64,000 bases of DNA from Raillietiella orientalis (Eukaryota), in NCBI GenBank assembly GCA_036172245.1, contig JAYWIR010000014.1, positions 3,534,001 through 3,598,000 on the forward strand, in the 5' to 3' direction. Numbering within the stretch: position 1 is the stretch's first letter; every line of letters begins with the position of its first letter. Positions 1 through 12,848 of this stretch are shown piece by piece. A program made the translations under genes and the position numbers. Under the pieces are notes generated by a model. That model searched no databases, was not told where the DNA came from, and saw nothing but the letters and a program-made list of their open reading frames with translations.

Positions 1-2037
1 GCACTGAGTTTGTGCTTTATTTCGGATTTGTTTGCTTTATTGTAGGAATCGACCGATGTCTCATATATTCGCATGCAATGAACACCAAAGAACTTGGCAA
101 AAAAAACAAGGGTCATTCACACTTCAAAGAAAAATGATGTCTTAATAGACCCTTCGGTCATGAAAAAGGTCGTTTCGTTTCGAAATAGCATTTACGCGGA
201 ATCTTTCAGTCAAACGGGAAAAAAACATAAATGAAACGTGTGAAAACAGACAAGATTTGTCTTTTCGTCGATTCGTCTTTCAAGCAAGCAGCTGCAGATG
301 AATGGAAAAATTGTCCCAGCTCAATGTGATTCGAGATTCTTATTCATCTCCCATTAAATGCAACTTGTTCTGATTGCCGAATGGATGATCGATCGGCTTC
401 TAAGAAAATGGCGAGATTCATGTGCTGAGAGACTTACTATTCAGAGGATTTAGAATCAGGGGTCTCTTCCCCTCCAGAATTCAGTTTTGCTTCTTAATAC
501 TACTTTCTTCTCCTCTCCCCCCCTCCCCTCCGCATCAAACAGTAGCCAAAGAGCAATTAATGTAGCACCAAAATCCAAAGCCTTCTCTGAATTCATTTCG
601 ATCAAGTTCTCGTCCCTCTTGAGCCTCAAGGAACCTATTTTGGTTGTTGATCTTCTCGACAGTACAAAATAATCAGGATGAGTAAAAAAAACAGAAACAT
701 TGCAGGAAAGCAAAACAAACCGACTCAAATCTCTCCAGTGAGGATTCATTTTTTCATATCAAAAAAAGAGGATGCAGGGTTTGCCAAAACAAGGATTCAG
801 CCGTTCTTTGTTTCGGGACTTAGTTGGAGTTTTAAACCAGTTTCTCTGATGATGCACATGAATTATGTTTACCACGAGGAAGCATAATACGCCCGAGGTG
901 GGGCTGCGGTGGAGAACGCTCGCAGCCACCTGAATCCGAATACCGGTTTTACTGCGATCTTCTCCGGAACGGAGAGATTTATGCAGACGCTTGGAAAAGA
1001 TGAAGGATAAATTTCATGTTTCTTTCAGTGATTAGAGACCAACTGAAGGAAACGAGCATCCATCAATTGGGCAGTTGTCGGTAGCAGGCGTGGACATGTT
1101 CTGAGAATAGCATTTCTGATTTTGTTTCTTTGACCATGAAACGAGGCTCGGGTTCAGCCACCATATTCATTTTCATCGAAGCCATTAAAAGTTCTCTGAC
1201 TTGTGAACAGCCTTATATCTTTAGATGGCTTGCTTCTTTTTATTTTGATTTTTCTTACTTCTGACTTGTAGGAAACACGAGTGATAATATCAAGGCTGCT
1301 TCAGTTTAATTGATATCCCTCGCCTGTGTATTGCTGGATAGCATGAGGGCATCAGGGAAGTCTAACTTGTACCTGAATATTTTGTAAATCAGTTGAAGAG
1401 TCTTTGCTGTCTGATTGCGAAATCCCATTCTTTTCTGGAAAATTCCATTGTGCACAAAACAGGCGAAAGGTTTGCTGTCTTATTTTGATCTTTGTAGATT
1501 ATTGTTGGCTTCAACTCAAAACCCCTTGAGAAAATATAGGGATTTTCAGGAATTCTGTTCTCCTCAAGAAAGAACCAGCAGAAAGAACATATTGGGGAGG
1601 GATCTCATGAGGCTACAGAGAGATTTCAATTCATGTAGGAAATGTGGATATTGAAAAGGAGCTACAGAGGTTTTTCAAATTAACAAAAACAGGCACACTC
1701 TTTAAATTAATGAAAACTTTAGATAGTTCTTCTGAGTTACATAAACGATGCTTTCCAAAAAGAAATCATGACAAATAGAAAACAGAACAGAACAAATATG
1801 ATTTCATGAACTTATAGATCATTAATTCTTATGACAATTACTTTACATTTCGGAGATCTAATTGACACTTTTCCTGATATCAGTGTTGCCTTCAAGGAAT
1901 ACTTTGAAAAATGATTTACAATACAACCAACGAACATCCAAAAACAAATGAATGTCGGATGTTAGTGCTGAATAACAACCAGTCTACAATTATGAAACAG
2001 CTGGACAATGGATTTTCCAAAAGAATAATTATTTTAA

Positions 2038-3014
2038 CCCTCTATAGTCCCAATTTTTTATACGCTTATAAAAAAAATTTGTGTTACGTGAAATTAACAA
2101 ATATCAACCTCTAATTAAAAATTAATAATGAATTCAGTAGTTTAAATGATTTTATTATAACGAACATGCTTTGTAACTTTAGGGTTACGACGGAGTACAA
2201 GGTTTGCACTTGTGCGTATAAAAACTATATTACTTTTAATTTGGTGATCAAATAATTTTCGGAAATAAATCATGGGAGAGTAGGATGCTTCAGGGTCTTC
2301 AGGACAACTTCTTCTCCAAGGAAGACGAAGACTATTTTTCGGATCGGATACTGATTGCCAAGAATTTTTTTGTGATTTTAAATTTTCATCATCTGATGAT
2401 GATTCCCCACTAAATTCATCGTCGCTATCAATACAGTTTATACGTCGTCAGGTAAATACTATTGGCTGATCTTCGTCAGAGCCAGATTCTAATAAAGAAT
2501 CCATGGATGCTTCTTACCGCTAATGCTTCTTACCCTTACTACCCTTTTATTTTTATATGCTTGGTATTCATATTTTAGGCCTCTAGTATATAAAACTAGA
2601 AAAAGAGAAAAAACATAATCGTTATTGCAAATACACCGAATCCTACCATTATAGTTCATCGTGACTTGAAAGTCGTAAAGCTATACCATGTGAGAATAAT
2701 AACAAAATAATTGCTTAAATGCAAACAAATAAGAGATTATTGATATGCAAACCAAGAGCTTTTGTGTAGACTTTTATGTAGCTTTTATAGAGACTTTTCC
2801 TTGTTTATCAAAACACCGATAGAACAACAAATAATAGCAGCTGCAAAGGATGGTTCAGCATTTACCTTGATATCTCGGGTTAGAGTTGATATCCGTTACC
2901 AAGGAGACGTTATACAAGATGGATATGCGACCTTGCTGTAAAAAATTAAATACATCAATACGCTATATCGATATATTAGTATATAACCTCGAAGTCACAT
3001 CGGCCACTAGAGGG
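2038..3014 (-). mobile_element. Internally deleted, non-autonomous piggyBac-type DNA transposon with transposase N-terminal remnant
   Basis: Left end TTAA(2034-2037)|CCCTCTATAGTCCC. Right end GGCCACTAGAGGG|TTAG(3015-3018), reverse complement CCCTCTAGTGGCC. This gives CCCT-starting imperfect TIRs with a TTAA/near-TTAA target site. Minus strand from ATG 2504 reads MDSLLESGSDEDQPIVFT*RRINCIDSDDEFSGESSSDDEN...SPMIYFRKLFDHQIKSNIV, then by frameshift LYAQ. This matches the acidic N-terminus and the 'P..YF..FF....IV..TN.YA.Q' start of the piggyBac DDE_Tnp_1_7 domain. Confidence 0.75.
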
Positions 3015-3419
3015 TTAGCAAGGAAAACTTGCAAAACTATATTTCAGGAAGATGCTTCAGTCGAAATCTTTGTATTGTCCTTCGTTCCCTTTTTAACTAG
3101 AACCCTATGCAGTGCTAAGAATCGAAGCATGAAGCTCCCCTAGTTAAATAATTGAAACTGAATTTTTATTATTTTGTAATGTGATGAAGAGTCATGCAGG
3201 AGACAACGCAGGAAGATTAATTTTCCAAGCATTTTAGTGATCAGAAAGGGAATTAAGAAATCACTACGCATCACTTGAACAACTGAAGCATTTTCCCATG
3301 AGTTCATCGCTTGCAATGCAAAGAGATTTCAACCAAAGTAGAATGCATATGATTATGGGTGTCTATTTTTTTTACTCGAGTTCAAGCTCAAATTCAAGCT
3401 CAGAAGTAGACCACTTTCC

Positions 3420-3540
3420 GGGATCGACAGCATCTCTGTAGGGGTTGCTTTCCTGAATGGAAGAGTGTTCGAAGGTCCCATACTTTAAGAACATTCTTCC
3501 AAACGCATTCTGTGCTTTCACAAAATAAGCTGTGTTTTGG
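3420..3540 (-). mobile_element. Short degenerate RTE-clade non-LTR retrotransposon remnant (post-RT region)
   Basis: Frameshifted minus-strand reading KAQNAFGRM / LKVWDLRTL / SIQ....YRDAVDP resembles the RTE motif 'KA..AFGRL..VW..R.I...TK..VY.A.V.P'. Confidence 0.35.
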
Positions 3541-5410
3541 AATGTTTTGCAAACTGTTTTCGTACTTTTGGAACCTCAGCACTTACTTCAGATAGATAGG
3601 TGGACAGAAACATTTCTCTTGATCAAATTCAGATAATGCTCATTAAACAAGGTTGAGCTCACAGGTCACTGAGAACAGCCAGAAACTTCAAGTGAAGTTT
3701 GATGTTTCTGACCAAAGGAATTGCGGTCAGAAAATGCACGAATCTTACGACTATTCTTGCAGAATTAAAGTTTAGCACTGAGCCTCATTCAAGTGGTATG
3801 AATGAATACAAACAAGCCGAAAAATTAGTGAAAGTGAAATTTTTGCGATTTTAAAATTCAGTAAAATAAAGGTAAGAATTAACAAGATAAGTAGTGGCAT
3901 ACTTATGTCATGTATTATATTTATTGAAATCAGTAGGCATTCTGAAAATACTGCATTTAGAAACCCTTATGAACTAACTTGAAATTTTCTGGTGTTTTTT
4001 ATTCGAAAACTATTAATATGTGTGTTCATGAATTGCATATTAAAAGGACACACAAATATTTACAGAAATCATTCCTCTTTAGAGAGGATATTTCGCGGCA
4101 TTCGCTGCTTTTTTTAAAAAAAAATTGTTTACTAGATATTCGAAAAAATGTGCGATTGTTCCTAGGAAAAAAAACATTCAATTATTCCCCAAAAGACAAA
4201 ATCATATACTTAAAGTATGAGAAGTGTCGTAATCTTAAACAAAGCCAAAGTTTCATCTAAAGCATCGTATTCGTCCAGTTGCCACGAAAGGATTGAAAAG
4301 TTTTGATGCAAGGCTTTATAAAGGGGCAAGCGGGCTCTTTATTGTGTTAGGGTTTTGCAAAGGGTGTGGCATTATTTGAAGTCGGGAACAGCTGAGAATG
4401 AGTTTTCGAAGAAGAATCGTATATGTACAAATGAGAGTGGTTGTGTATCGAATGCCCTTTGTATTTTCCATGTTTACTCTATTGAGAGCATTGGAAAACA
4501 AATGAATATCGTCATTGTATTGTAAAATTATAATTTGTAAAATGGAATAGATCATGACTGAAATTAGAAACATTCCGTTCAATTCAAGTTAAAATGAATT
4601 TGGGGATTGTGCATTGGCAGGTATAAATTTTAACGTTTGCAGAATTGGAGAGAACGAAATAATTTGAGCTTGAAGAAGCATTGAAATTTTGATTGATTTC
4701 ACATCTATTTTTTTATTTTTATTTTTTTTCATGTTGTTGAAGCGGATAAAAATATAGTTACCACGAAAGCATCATTTACAGTTATTCCTTGAACAGTAAA
4801 CTTCAATTATGAGAAATGTTTTTTTTACTTGAAAACACGCGTAACTAAAATAAAATATGGGAAAGGATTCATGTGCATGAACGATATGCCGCTCCGTATT
4901 TGACCAAGAAACAGAATACAGATGAGAAAAATATTGTGCATCTTCTCATAAAAAACAGAATAAATTCATGCAGTAGTTATAAATGATGAACAAGAATGCA
5001 CCAGTATATTTATTCAGTGCCAGTAATTGTATTTTGTATTTTGAAAAGGGGCAGTAGTAAAGTAATCATGATTTCATTATTTGTGTTACAGAGACAGCAG
5101 CATCCAAAATGTGAGCAACATCACAACTGAGATCACTAATTTCATATCACAAATGTAAATCACACAGAGGAAATGTATCAAAGAAAACATGTAATTATCC
5201 AGGTGGCCATGATTTGGGAAGCATTAGTTACTTAAAAAAATGATGGACTCGTATGTGAGCACTGAAAGCACTTAACTTGCTAGCAATAAATGTTACTGTG
5301 AGTTGTTTAAGATCGAATATTTTGAATATGCTAAACTTTTGACTGATGATGATGAGTCACTTTTGCAATGGAAATATTTATCCTTTTTCACTTTGCTTTA
5401 CAAGAGTGCA

Positions 5411-5962
5411 ATGTCCATTGAGAACCTCTCTAGTATTGCAGATACAAGAATTATATGTTGCTGTTTTGGCATTAGAAAAAACTTATTTCGTACATCTGGA
5501 AATATCTCACAAGTGAGAACTATTGAAGAGTCAGATGACAAAATCAATAAAGACACTCTTGAATTGACATCTGCAGAATTATTTAACCCACGTTCATGGG
5601 GTGAAAGTTTCCATAAATTAATGGAAAGCCCATCTGGTAGATCTCAGTTTCTGAAGTTTATTAAATTAGAACATTCTGAAGATAATCTAATATTTTGGGA
5701 AAAATGTGAAAGATTGAAAGAAGTCAATAGTGATACAGAAGCTTTAAAAATTATACATGAAATTTATGATACTTACATAAAAGTTCTATCACCCAAGGAA
5801 GTTAATCTTCCTGCCAAATTAGTTAAGGAAATCACTGAGCAAATGAATGCTCCACCTGTAGATATTTTTAAAGAAGCTCAAAAAGAGGTTTATCGGATTA
5901 TGCAACAAGAATGCTATCCTAGATTCCTAGAATCAAATTTTTATAGAGATAAACTAAAATGA
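5411..5962 (+). CDS. Regulator of G-protein signalling (RGS domain protein, RZ/RGS17-19-20-like), single coding exon
   Basis: Complete RGS box (SWGESFHKLMESPSGRSQFLKFIKLEHSEDNLIFW...IYDTYIKVLSPKEVNL...IFKEAQKEVYRIMQQECYPRFLES) preceded by a short Cys string (IICCCFG). The track start at 5303 falls in a probable intron (GTGAGT 5298, pyrimidine tract + AAG 5404), so ATG 5411 is the likely start. Confidence 0.9.
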   Translation: MSIENLSSIADTRIICCCFGIRKNLFRTSGNISQVRTIEESDDKINKDTLELTSAELFNPRSWGESFHKLMESPSGRSQFLKFIKLEHSEDNLIFWEKCERLKEVNSDTEALKIIHEIYDTYIKVLSPKEVNLPAKLVKEITEQMNAPPVDIFKEAQKEVYRIMQQECYPRFLESNFYRDKLK

Positions 5963-7077
5963 AGTATTAATTTCTGCAAAGTCTATAACATGTTTATTAT
6001 GGTTTAATGTTTGTCTTGGTTCAGTTAAATATATAGATAGCTCAGTGTGTATGTTGTGAAGCCAAAGATTAAAGTTTGTGAGTGCTATTTGTGGGGGGAT
6101 AAGTGTTACCCGTTTGTTACAGTGTCAAATATCTAATCTGTGATATATTTATCTTAATCATGTTAGTCAGTATTATGTGTATTAATAAGAGATTCTCATT
6201 AAAACATGATTGTGTGGATTGACTGTAGTTAATTTATTACATCTGATATTACTTCTGATAACGAGACACAGTAAGGACATCCACCGTAATTTTTTTTTTG
6301 TTTATATTGAATTATAACCATCCATTACATGAATGAGGAGATTAAGATTAAAAACGCCAACCAAGACTGTTTGATTTAATCAAGATATATGTATGGCATA
6401 TGTATATCAGGAAGGTTCAATTAATGCAACCAAATGTAACTGATGTAAATATACAGTTGTTTCTAAGTCGTGTGATTTCCGCGTACTTCCAGAATTCCAA
6501 AATTCGTAGATTTGGCGTGTTGTAAGTTCACCTATGTTCGCAAAACCCGATTACGCCGGAAATTGCTTTCAATAAAACGTGAAACGTGCTTTACGATTTT
6601 GCTTAATTTTTCAAAGTAGAGCACATTGATTTAAGTGCTATTCACAACTGTGATCAATGCAGTTTGCATTCCCATGCTTTATGAACGTAAGATCTAAAAA
6701 TTTTCAGGGTTCTAAAATCTTATGAATGTAAGCTATGACCGACTTGGTTCTCTAATTTTTTTGTAACTTATATGATGTGTCGTGCATAAGGCCGGAACAA
6801 ACTCATGGGTTGCAGGATTGAGAATATGTACTTTTGATTTACTGAATAATGGTTGCTACCTGTGGTGTTTACAACATAATGAGACAAAAAAACCTTACCA
6901 TCAAATACAAAAAAAATTTTGATCTGATTTTAAGATGTGGATTTCCAGAGTTACCATTATCAGTTTGATTAAACTGTTCATTTTGGTATAGAAACATTCA
7001 GGTTTTCTTGTACAGATGACGTTCCTATTAGCACTATGAGGCATTGCAACTCATTTTATACGAATAATCTGTACTTT

Positions 7078-7119
7078 ATCGCTTCTCGGCCTTTTGGCTA
7101 AGATCAAAGTGTAGTGTCT
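7078..7119 (+). pseudogene. U2: 3'-truncated U2 snRNA fragment (first ~38-42 nt only)
   Basis: ATCGCTTCTCGGCCTTTTGGCTAAGATCAAAGTGTAGT(gtct) matches the conserved U2 5' end (stem-loop I to the GUAGUA box). Similarity stops there, with no Sm site or 3' stem-loops following. Confidence 0.9.
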
Positions 7120-9787
7120 AACTTACTTAGGTAGGTTGACTTTGGTAGGACAGACCTTTTTTTTTTTTCAAATCTTTATAAAATAAAATTTTGAAAGTAA
7201 TTCAAACTCGGGTATTGCTATGTTTTTAACGATTGGAATAATCCATATTTCTGTAATCCTAGGATTTCTTTTATTGATAGCCTTCTCGAAGTACTTTTGT
7301 TCTGCAGGTAAAGGTGCTGAGTGTAGAATTCTTCTGATAACAGTATCAGAGCTAAAACTAGTGAGCATCAAACATATAACACTAGACACTAATAGAAGAT
7401 GATTACGCTAACAGGCAAGCATAAATGGATGACCATTGCAGTAAACGTATTTTAAACAAACTTTTCAATAATGCAGAAACTCAAGAGAACAGAAACTGAA
7501 TACCTTGTCCTTAAAATATTACTTTTCGTACATTCAGTTTTTTTTATGATGTGTGTTACAAAAAAATGAATATGATACGCTGCCAAAGCAGAATTTGTTG
7601 CAGTATTTGTGGTGCGCATGTCCGCTTTCAAGATTTGCTAAAATCTTCCATGTGGCAAGAGTTATTGCTCTAGTTTGAATTGCAGAAAGGCAGCCATTTG
7701 AACCTATACGTTATTAAAGCATAACGTAAAAAATCCATTGCACAGTCACCGAAAATTTCGCTTTGCTAGCTTGTAATTTGGGCATCTTTGAAAGCTAAAC
7801 ATCTCCAGCTATTCGATACTAAGGGGAATTCGTGGTCCGGGCTGCACATAAAAATGGCTCTTCAACCTGCACGTGCTAAGGTTGAGTTTACGTTGGGATC
7901 TTCTTTTTAAGATGTCTCAGGTGGGGCACATGTTCCGCGGTTGGAAAAGGTATGTGTTTAAAAAGGAAAGGTTGCCGAGTATTCATGTAATTTCACTAGA
8001 TCCATGTGGCAATTACCACTTACCAGCAATCCTTACATCCATGTACATTTCCATGTATACATTCAGTGGAAACGGGTTTCCCATCATGCCTGGGCCTGGA
8101 AGGAGAAATTCAGAGAAATTCCAGTCATCTTTCAGGCTGTGGGGAAATATCTGCGGTGTCGAAACATACACCAAAACGATGTAACTTGGGGTTATAGCAC
8201 TATTGGATGCGCCCCATAGTGAATTTTTCCAGAAATTGTGAATTATAAGCGAAAAAGATCGAAAAAAAGCGAAAAACCGAAAAAAAGTAGTCACGCTGGA
8301 GACCTTACTAAATGGTGTTTATATGCAACTTATTTAATCCATATATGTATGTATTTTTAACATGTATCCGAGTGAGTTAATCTAATCATTAATCTACAAT
8401 GATCCCCCCAAAAACAAAATATCCGCATTCTTAACAAAGTTTTAATAATCATAGTTTTTTGAATTCATAAATAATATAAGCAAACTTTAAAAAATCAATA
8501 AAATGCATGCAAAATTTAATGCTTAGCATATCAGAATAATAAATACCACATGCTATCGAATAATGAAATTCGTTTAAATGAAAAGATCAACTGTGTGCTT
8601 TTTTTTTTTTGCATCACCGTTTAGCAAGACTAACGAGAGCTTGTGCATAAAACAAATATCAGTATAATGGATTGGAAATATTTCTTTTTCCTTTTCGGAT
8701 TCAAGCTCACACTGCAAAAATCGGTTTCTCAATTAATTTCCTTTTGCTACTACTTCACTGATCCATTACAATTCAGTTAGGCGTAAAAAAATTAAAGCAC
8801 GTTGCAATATTTAATAAACACAAAGCACAAAAGCGTGGCGATGTGAATGCTAGGTTATGAGTAAGAGACCCAAGTCTAATCCAATAATTATTATGAAGGT
8901 CTTGATTAATGATTTCAAATTTTCTTATTTCCTGGATGAATACATAACATTCGTAATGTGCAATTCCTTATTAGAGTCATGAAAAATGCAAATGTACTTG
9001 TCTGATTTTGATTACAAAGCAGGTAGTTTGTTTTCACATTTCAGCAAAAATCCAACAGCAAGCATTTCAAGTAGTAACTTTTATAAGGCACACACGTTTG
9101 TATCTGTTTGTTTATCTGTAGATCTATTTAATAGCGATCGAAGTTTTTAAATTTCCCATCAAGATATTAAATCAGACCATTCGAGTCTGTTTGTTTCGAT
9201 GTTGATCCAATGCCTGATGTTTATTCAAATTGACTAGTTTTTATCTTAGGAAAATATTGTTCGTAATGAGACTCCTCTTTTAGTGGGGAAAAATGCGTCG
9301 AAGGATTCCACCGTTCAGCTAATTATGCGTCTAAGGACGTTGCAAGTATCAAAAAGCATACCCGGCACACTCATTTTCGGTTTAATAGGTAATTAGTATC
9401 GAGTTTCACAACTCGGTATTCTCATTACAAAGGGTTCGACTTGCCCAATCCTTTTCTTCAAAAGTGAAACGAAAGCGACATTCGGATCCAAGTTTTGCGA
9501 GACATTTGGTGTACCAACGATATTGAAGGATATGTCCGTGGTCTTGGATGGAAGTTCCATCGCGTTGCTGGAAGTCCATTTTTGCCAATCTGGAATATCC
9601 CTCCCCTTAAGAAGACATCCATCAAATAGAAAGCCCGGTGAACCGTGGTCTAGACCCTGTAGAAAACCTCAGAGCAATCCACTGGGAACTGTGAATAAGT
9701 TGCTTGGCCTTTAACGGGGTGTAGCCATCATTATAGAGACTGACAGTACAATCGTTTCCTATGTTTCCCGATTCATGATTTCTAGTT

Positions 9788-9830
9788 AGTCACCGATTTC
9801 CATTTTTTCCGAAAATGGAAATCGGTGACT
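9788..9830. repeat. Perfect 19-bp inverted repeat (hairpin), 5-nt loop
   Basis: AGTCACCGATTTCCATTTT-ttccg-AAAATGGAAATCGGTGACT. Confidence 0.95.
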
Positions 9831-10483
9831 GGTTGGATTTCCCCAATACAAGCAGAAACTACAAACTTGGAAACAGTTTACACGGTACTGACCATACCTC
9901 ATGCTTTGGTAATGCTCTTCACAGGAGCCCACCGCAGTGCTCTTTGTACTGCTGACTCAAATTTCGGAACAGTTTTGGAATCTGTACAGCATTCACATAT
10001 TTAACATTTACTTGGCGCTAATTTTTCATGGCCTAGTTTTCTCAATGTGTGATCTGAGCAAAAGACGGTAACCTAGGGCTAAATTTGACACAACTGATTT
10101 GTACGAGCTCTTTGGTCGCTTTGGTATGGAGTAGCTTGGCTAAACGGCCTTGTGCTTCCTTCAACGTGATCTACTCGGACTTGAATTTCCAAAATAGACA
10201 TCTCTGGCTCTGTATTCCTGGTGTTAAAAGTTTTGCTGCGACTGAGGGATCTCAGTTTCACAAGCCAAAAGAGTGCACAACAGAACGATCCTGAAATGAT
10301 CGTATTGAAGTCGCGACGGCGTAAGGACGTTCTAAAGGTTTCCGAAATTGGGCAAACTAATAATAGTTCTGATTCATCCGCAACGAGTACTACCCGATTC
10401 AAGTTCTTCCCGTGTATCCCTTAACATGTGTCTAGTCATTCTCAATATCCAAGGTCGTCAGCTGTCATTTCAGGATAATAACG

Positions 10484-10642
10484 CACCGGAAAAAGGGGCA
10501 ACGAGCTCCACAGATAAGACAGTTGAGGAGACCCTGAAGAACATGAGGAGCTCCTCCTGTAATGCTTTTAATGAATGATATCCTTGAACAGATAAAACTT
10601 GCTGTGCATCGTTTGTGTATTTTCAAACGAAAGGTCGATCTT
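10484..10642 (+). repeat. Diverged copy of the 3' tail that follows the RLE retrotransposon remnant at 17298-17726
   Basis: Collinear with 17761-17917, e.g. CCACAGATA..ACAGTT, TCCTCCTGT.ATGCTTT, TATCCTTGAACA.ATAAA.CTTGCT.TGCATCGTTTG, AAAGGTCGATCTT. Confidence 0.85.
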
Positions 10643-11710
10643 CACATATGCATGCAACCTATCCTTACACGTTGCGACTTCAATACGAAACCGCACCACT
10701 ATGAATTCTCAATTTCTTTAGACCATCTATGCACATTAAGTAATACACACACACCAAAGGAAATCAAACTCCAAGTCAATATAAAAAATATTTTTATTTC
10801 CAAATATAAGTGTTGTGACCGAAATCGTTTAATAGGGAAACAAGATTCCAACTACAAGTATTAAAACACGAAGAGTTTCATGCAGTGTTGTTTTGGAAAA
10901 AAAAAAAAAAAATTGCGGCCTTTGTTTCTCAACTTATCTTGCTCTCTAATAGAGGAAGGGAGAAGGGAAAAAAAAAACGAAACGTGTTTGAACAGATAGA
11001 GTCTTTTTTGCGCTGCCTTACTCAAACAGAAAACATTCTTTAGGAACTGGTTTGTAAAAATTTCAATCCCTCTTTGTAAACTACTTAATCTACTTGGAAT
11101 AAAACAGAATGTACAGAATACAAATCAGTAGGATAGTAAAAATGCAAAACTCGTGAACATAATACAATAATATGGCACAATGACAGTCTAGCATAAGCTC
11201 CAAAAATGTGAATTCCACTTTGGCTTCTTTTGTTTCACATAGATCATTGGGACGGGATTCTTTGGATCATCTGGTGAAGCTGCCTGAAGTTCCAACCCAA
11301 TGCCGAAGACGAATAAGCCGAATTCCGGCCCAGAGAACTGTTCACTCTTAGTAAACATCGCAAGCGGATCTCTAGGAGAATGAGGGAAAGATCTTTGTAC
11401 ATAAATGATCTCTGTAAATGATCTTCCTGAAGAATCATCTCCCTATTGTCGACGCTATCATCGTTATTTTCTAATGTGGATGCTTACTGACAGATTTATC
11501 AGAAGACATTAAATCTTCAAATACGCTACAAAACAACACAGATAAGCATGAGCTTTGGGGGATAACTTCAAAAAAACAAAACCGAACAAGCTCAAGTTAA
11601 TCCATCAATCCGAATATTTTTTTTAAAAAAAATTCCTGATTAAGAATGTACAAAGTCGAAATTAACTATCCCTCCCCCCTTCTTTAATATTTTTGCTTAA
11701 ATATAAAAAG

Positions 11711-11754
11711 CTTCATCTGTCAAAGTTTTTGCTTACAAACTTTGACAGATGAAG
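11711..11754. repeat. Perfect 18-bp inverted repeat (hairpin), 8-nt loop
   Basis: CTTCATCTGTCAAAGTTT-ttgcttac-AAACTTTGACAGATGAAG. Confidence 0.95.
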
Positions 11755-12848
11755 AATTCATTCGCAACTTTCTCCAAAAATTTCATCCGGAATTCATGAA
11801 AAAAGCAAAAAATAACTTATTTCTTGATTTTGTGTTGTCAAAACTATTCTACACAGTAATATCCTGATAACTCGACAGGTGATTCATGTATTACATTTTC
11901 TTATCAATTTTGCTATGCCAAATAGGCAGACCACATTTCTGACCCATCTCGACAATCCGACATAGTACTTGTAAAAAAGTCACAGAAACACATTCATACT
12001 ATCAACAGGTGCATATCATGAACGAGATCAAAAACTAACACTGCTGCGAAAAAAATTCAAGAATGCACTCAAGGTCTTTATAAAGAAATTTTTGGGGAAA
12101 AAATTAAACCTAAATTAATACATGCATTATAACCTTATGGGTTTAAAATCATGGTGAAATCCTAGTACATATTAATGCAGCAAGAAAATACTGAGAGGGT
12201 TGACTGAATTCCATGCAATAACACCAGATCTTATGGAATCAATATATATTGCATTCATGCATTATATATTCAAGTTTTATCAGGTTCATGCATGAAACTC
12301 GGTGCTAATGCACATGCAGCCTGCACATTCTGACTTTTCAAAATCCCAATCTTTGATTATTCCTAGTTTCTTATTTAGACATTTAAATAGGTCCTTCAGT
12401 TGACTGCACTTGATAGCTTCCTACCATGCTCAACACTTGATACATTCAATTTCATGACCTTACACATTTCATGATAATGGTACAGTGAGGTATTTTCGAC
12501 TGGCAAATTAATCTACCTCTTATTAATCAGTTTTTTCGTTCTTGCTCCAAAAACTAAATTCTAACAAAATATTATTATATGTAAAACTAAATACCATTTA
12601 AATTCTTTTACACAAACTCCTGTAGTGACAACTGCCATTTTAAAAGGTACATAAATTATTGTGTTCATAGAACTGAAAGCAGCAAAACATCGGACACCTG
12701 ACATTCTCATGATTCCAAGGGCCAAAAAAACTTACTTTCGATTTAAAACTAAATAAACATTTAATATATACACTTTCAAAAGATTTTAAACAGAATGACA
12801 ACTGCTAATATGAATTGAAAAATTTAAACACTAAAATATACACACTTT

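Noticed and set aside
8004..8219. HVHFHVYIQ resembling an HUH Rep motif II
   Set aside because: It arises from a short local repeat (TACAT..CCATG); no motif I/III or helicase domain nearby.
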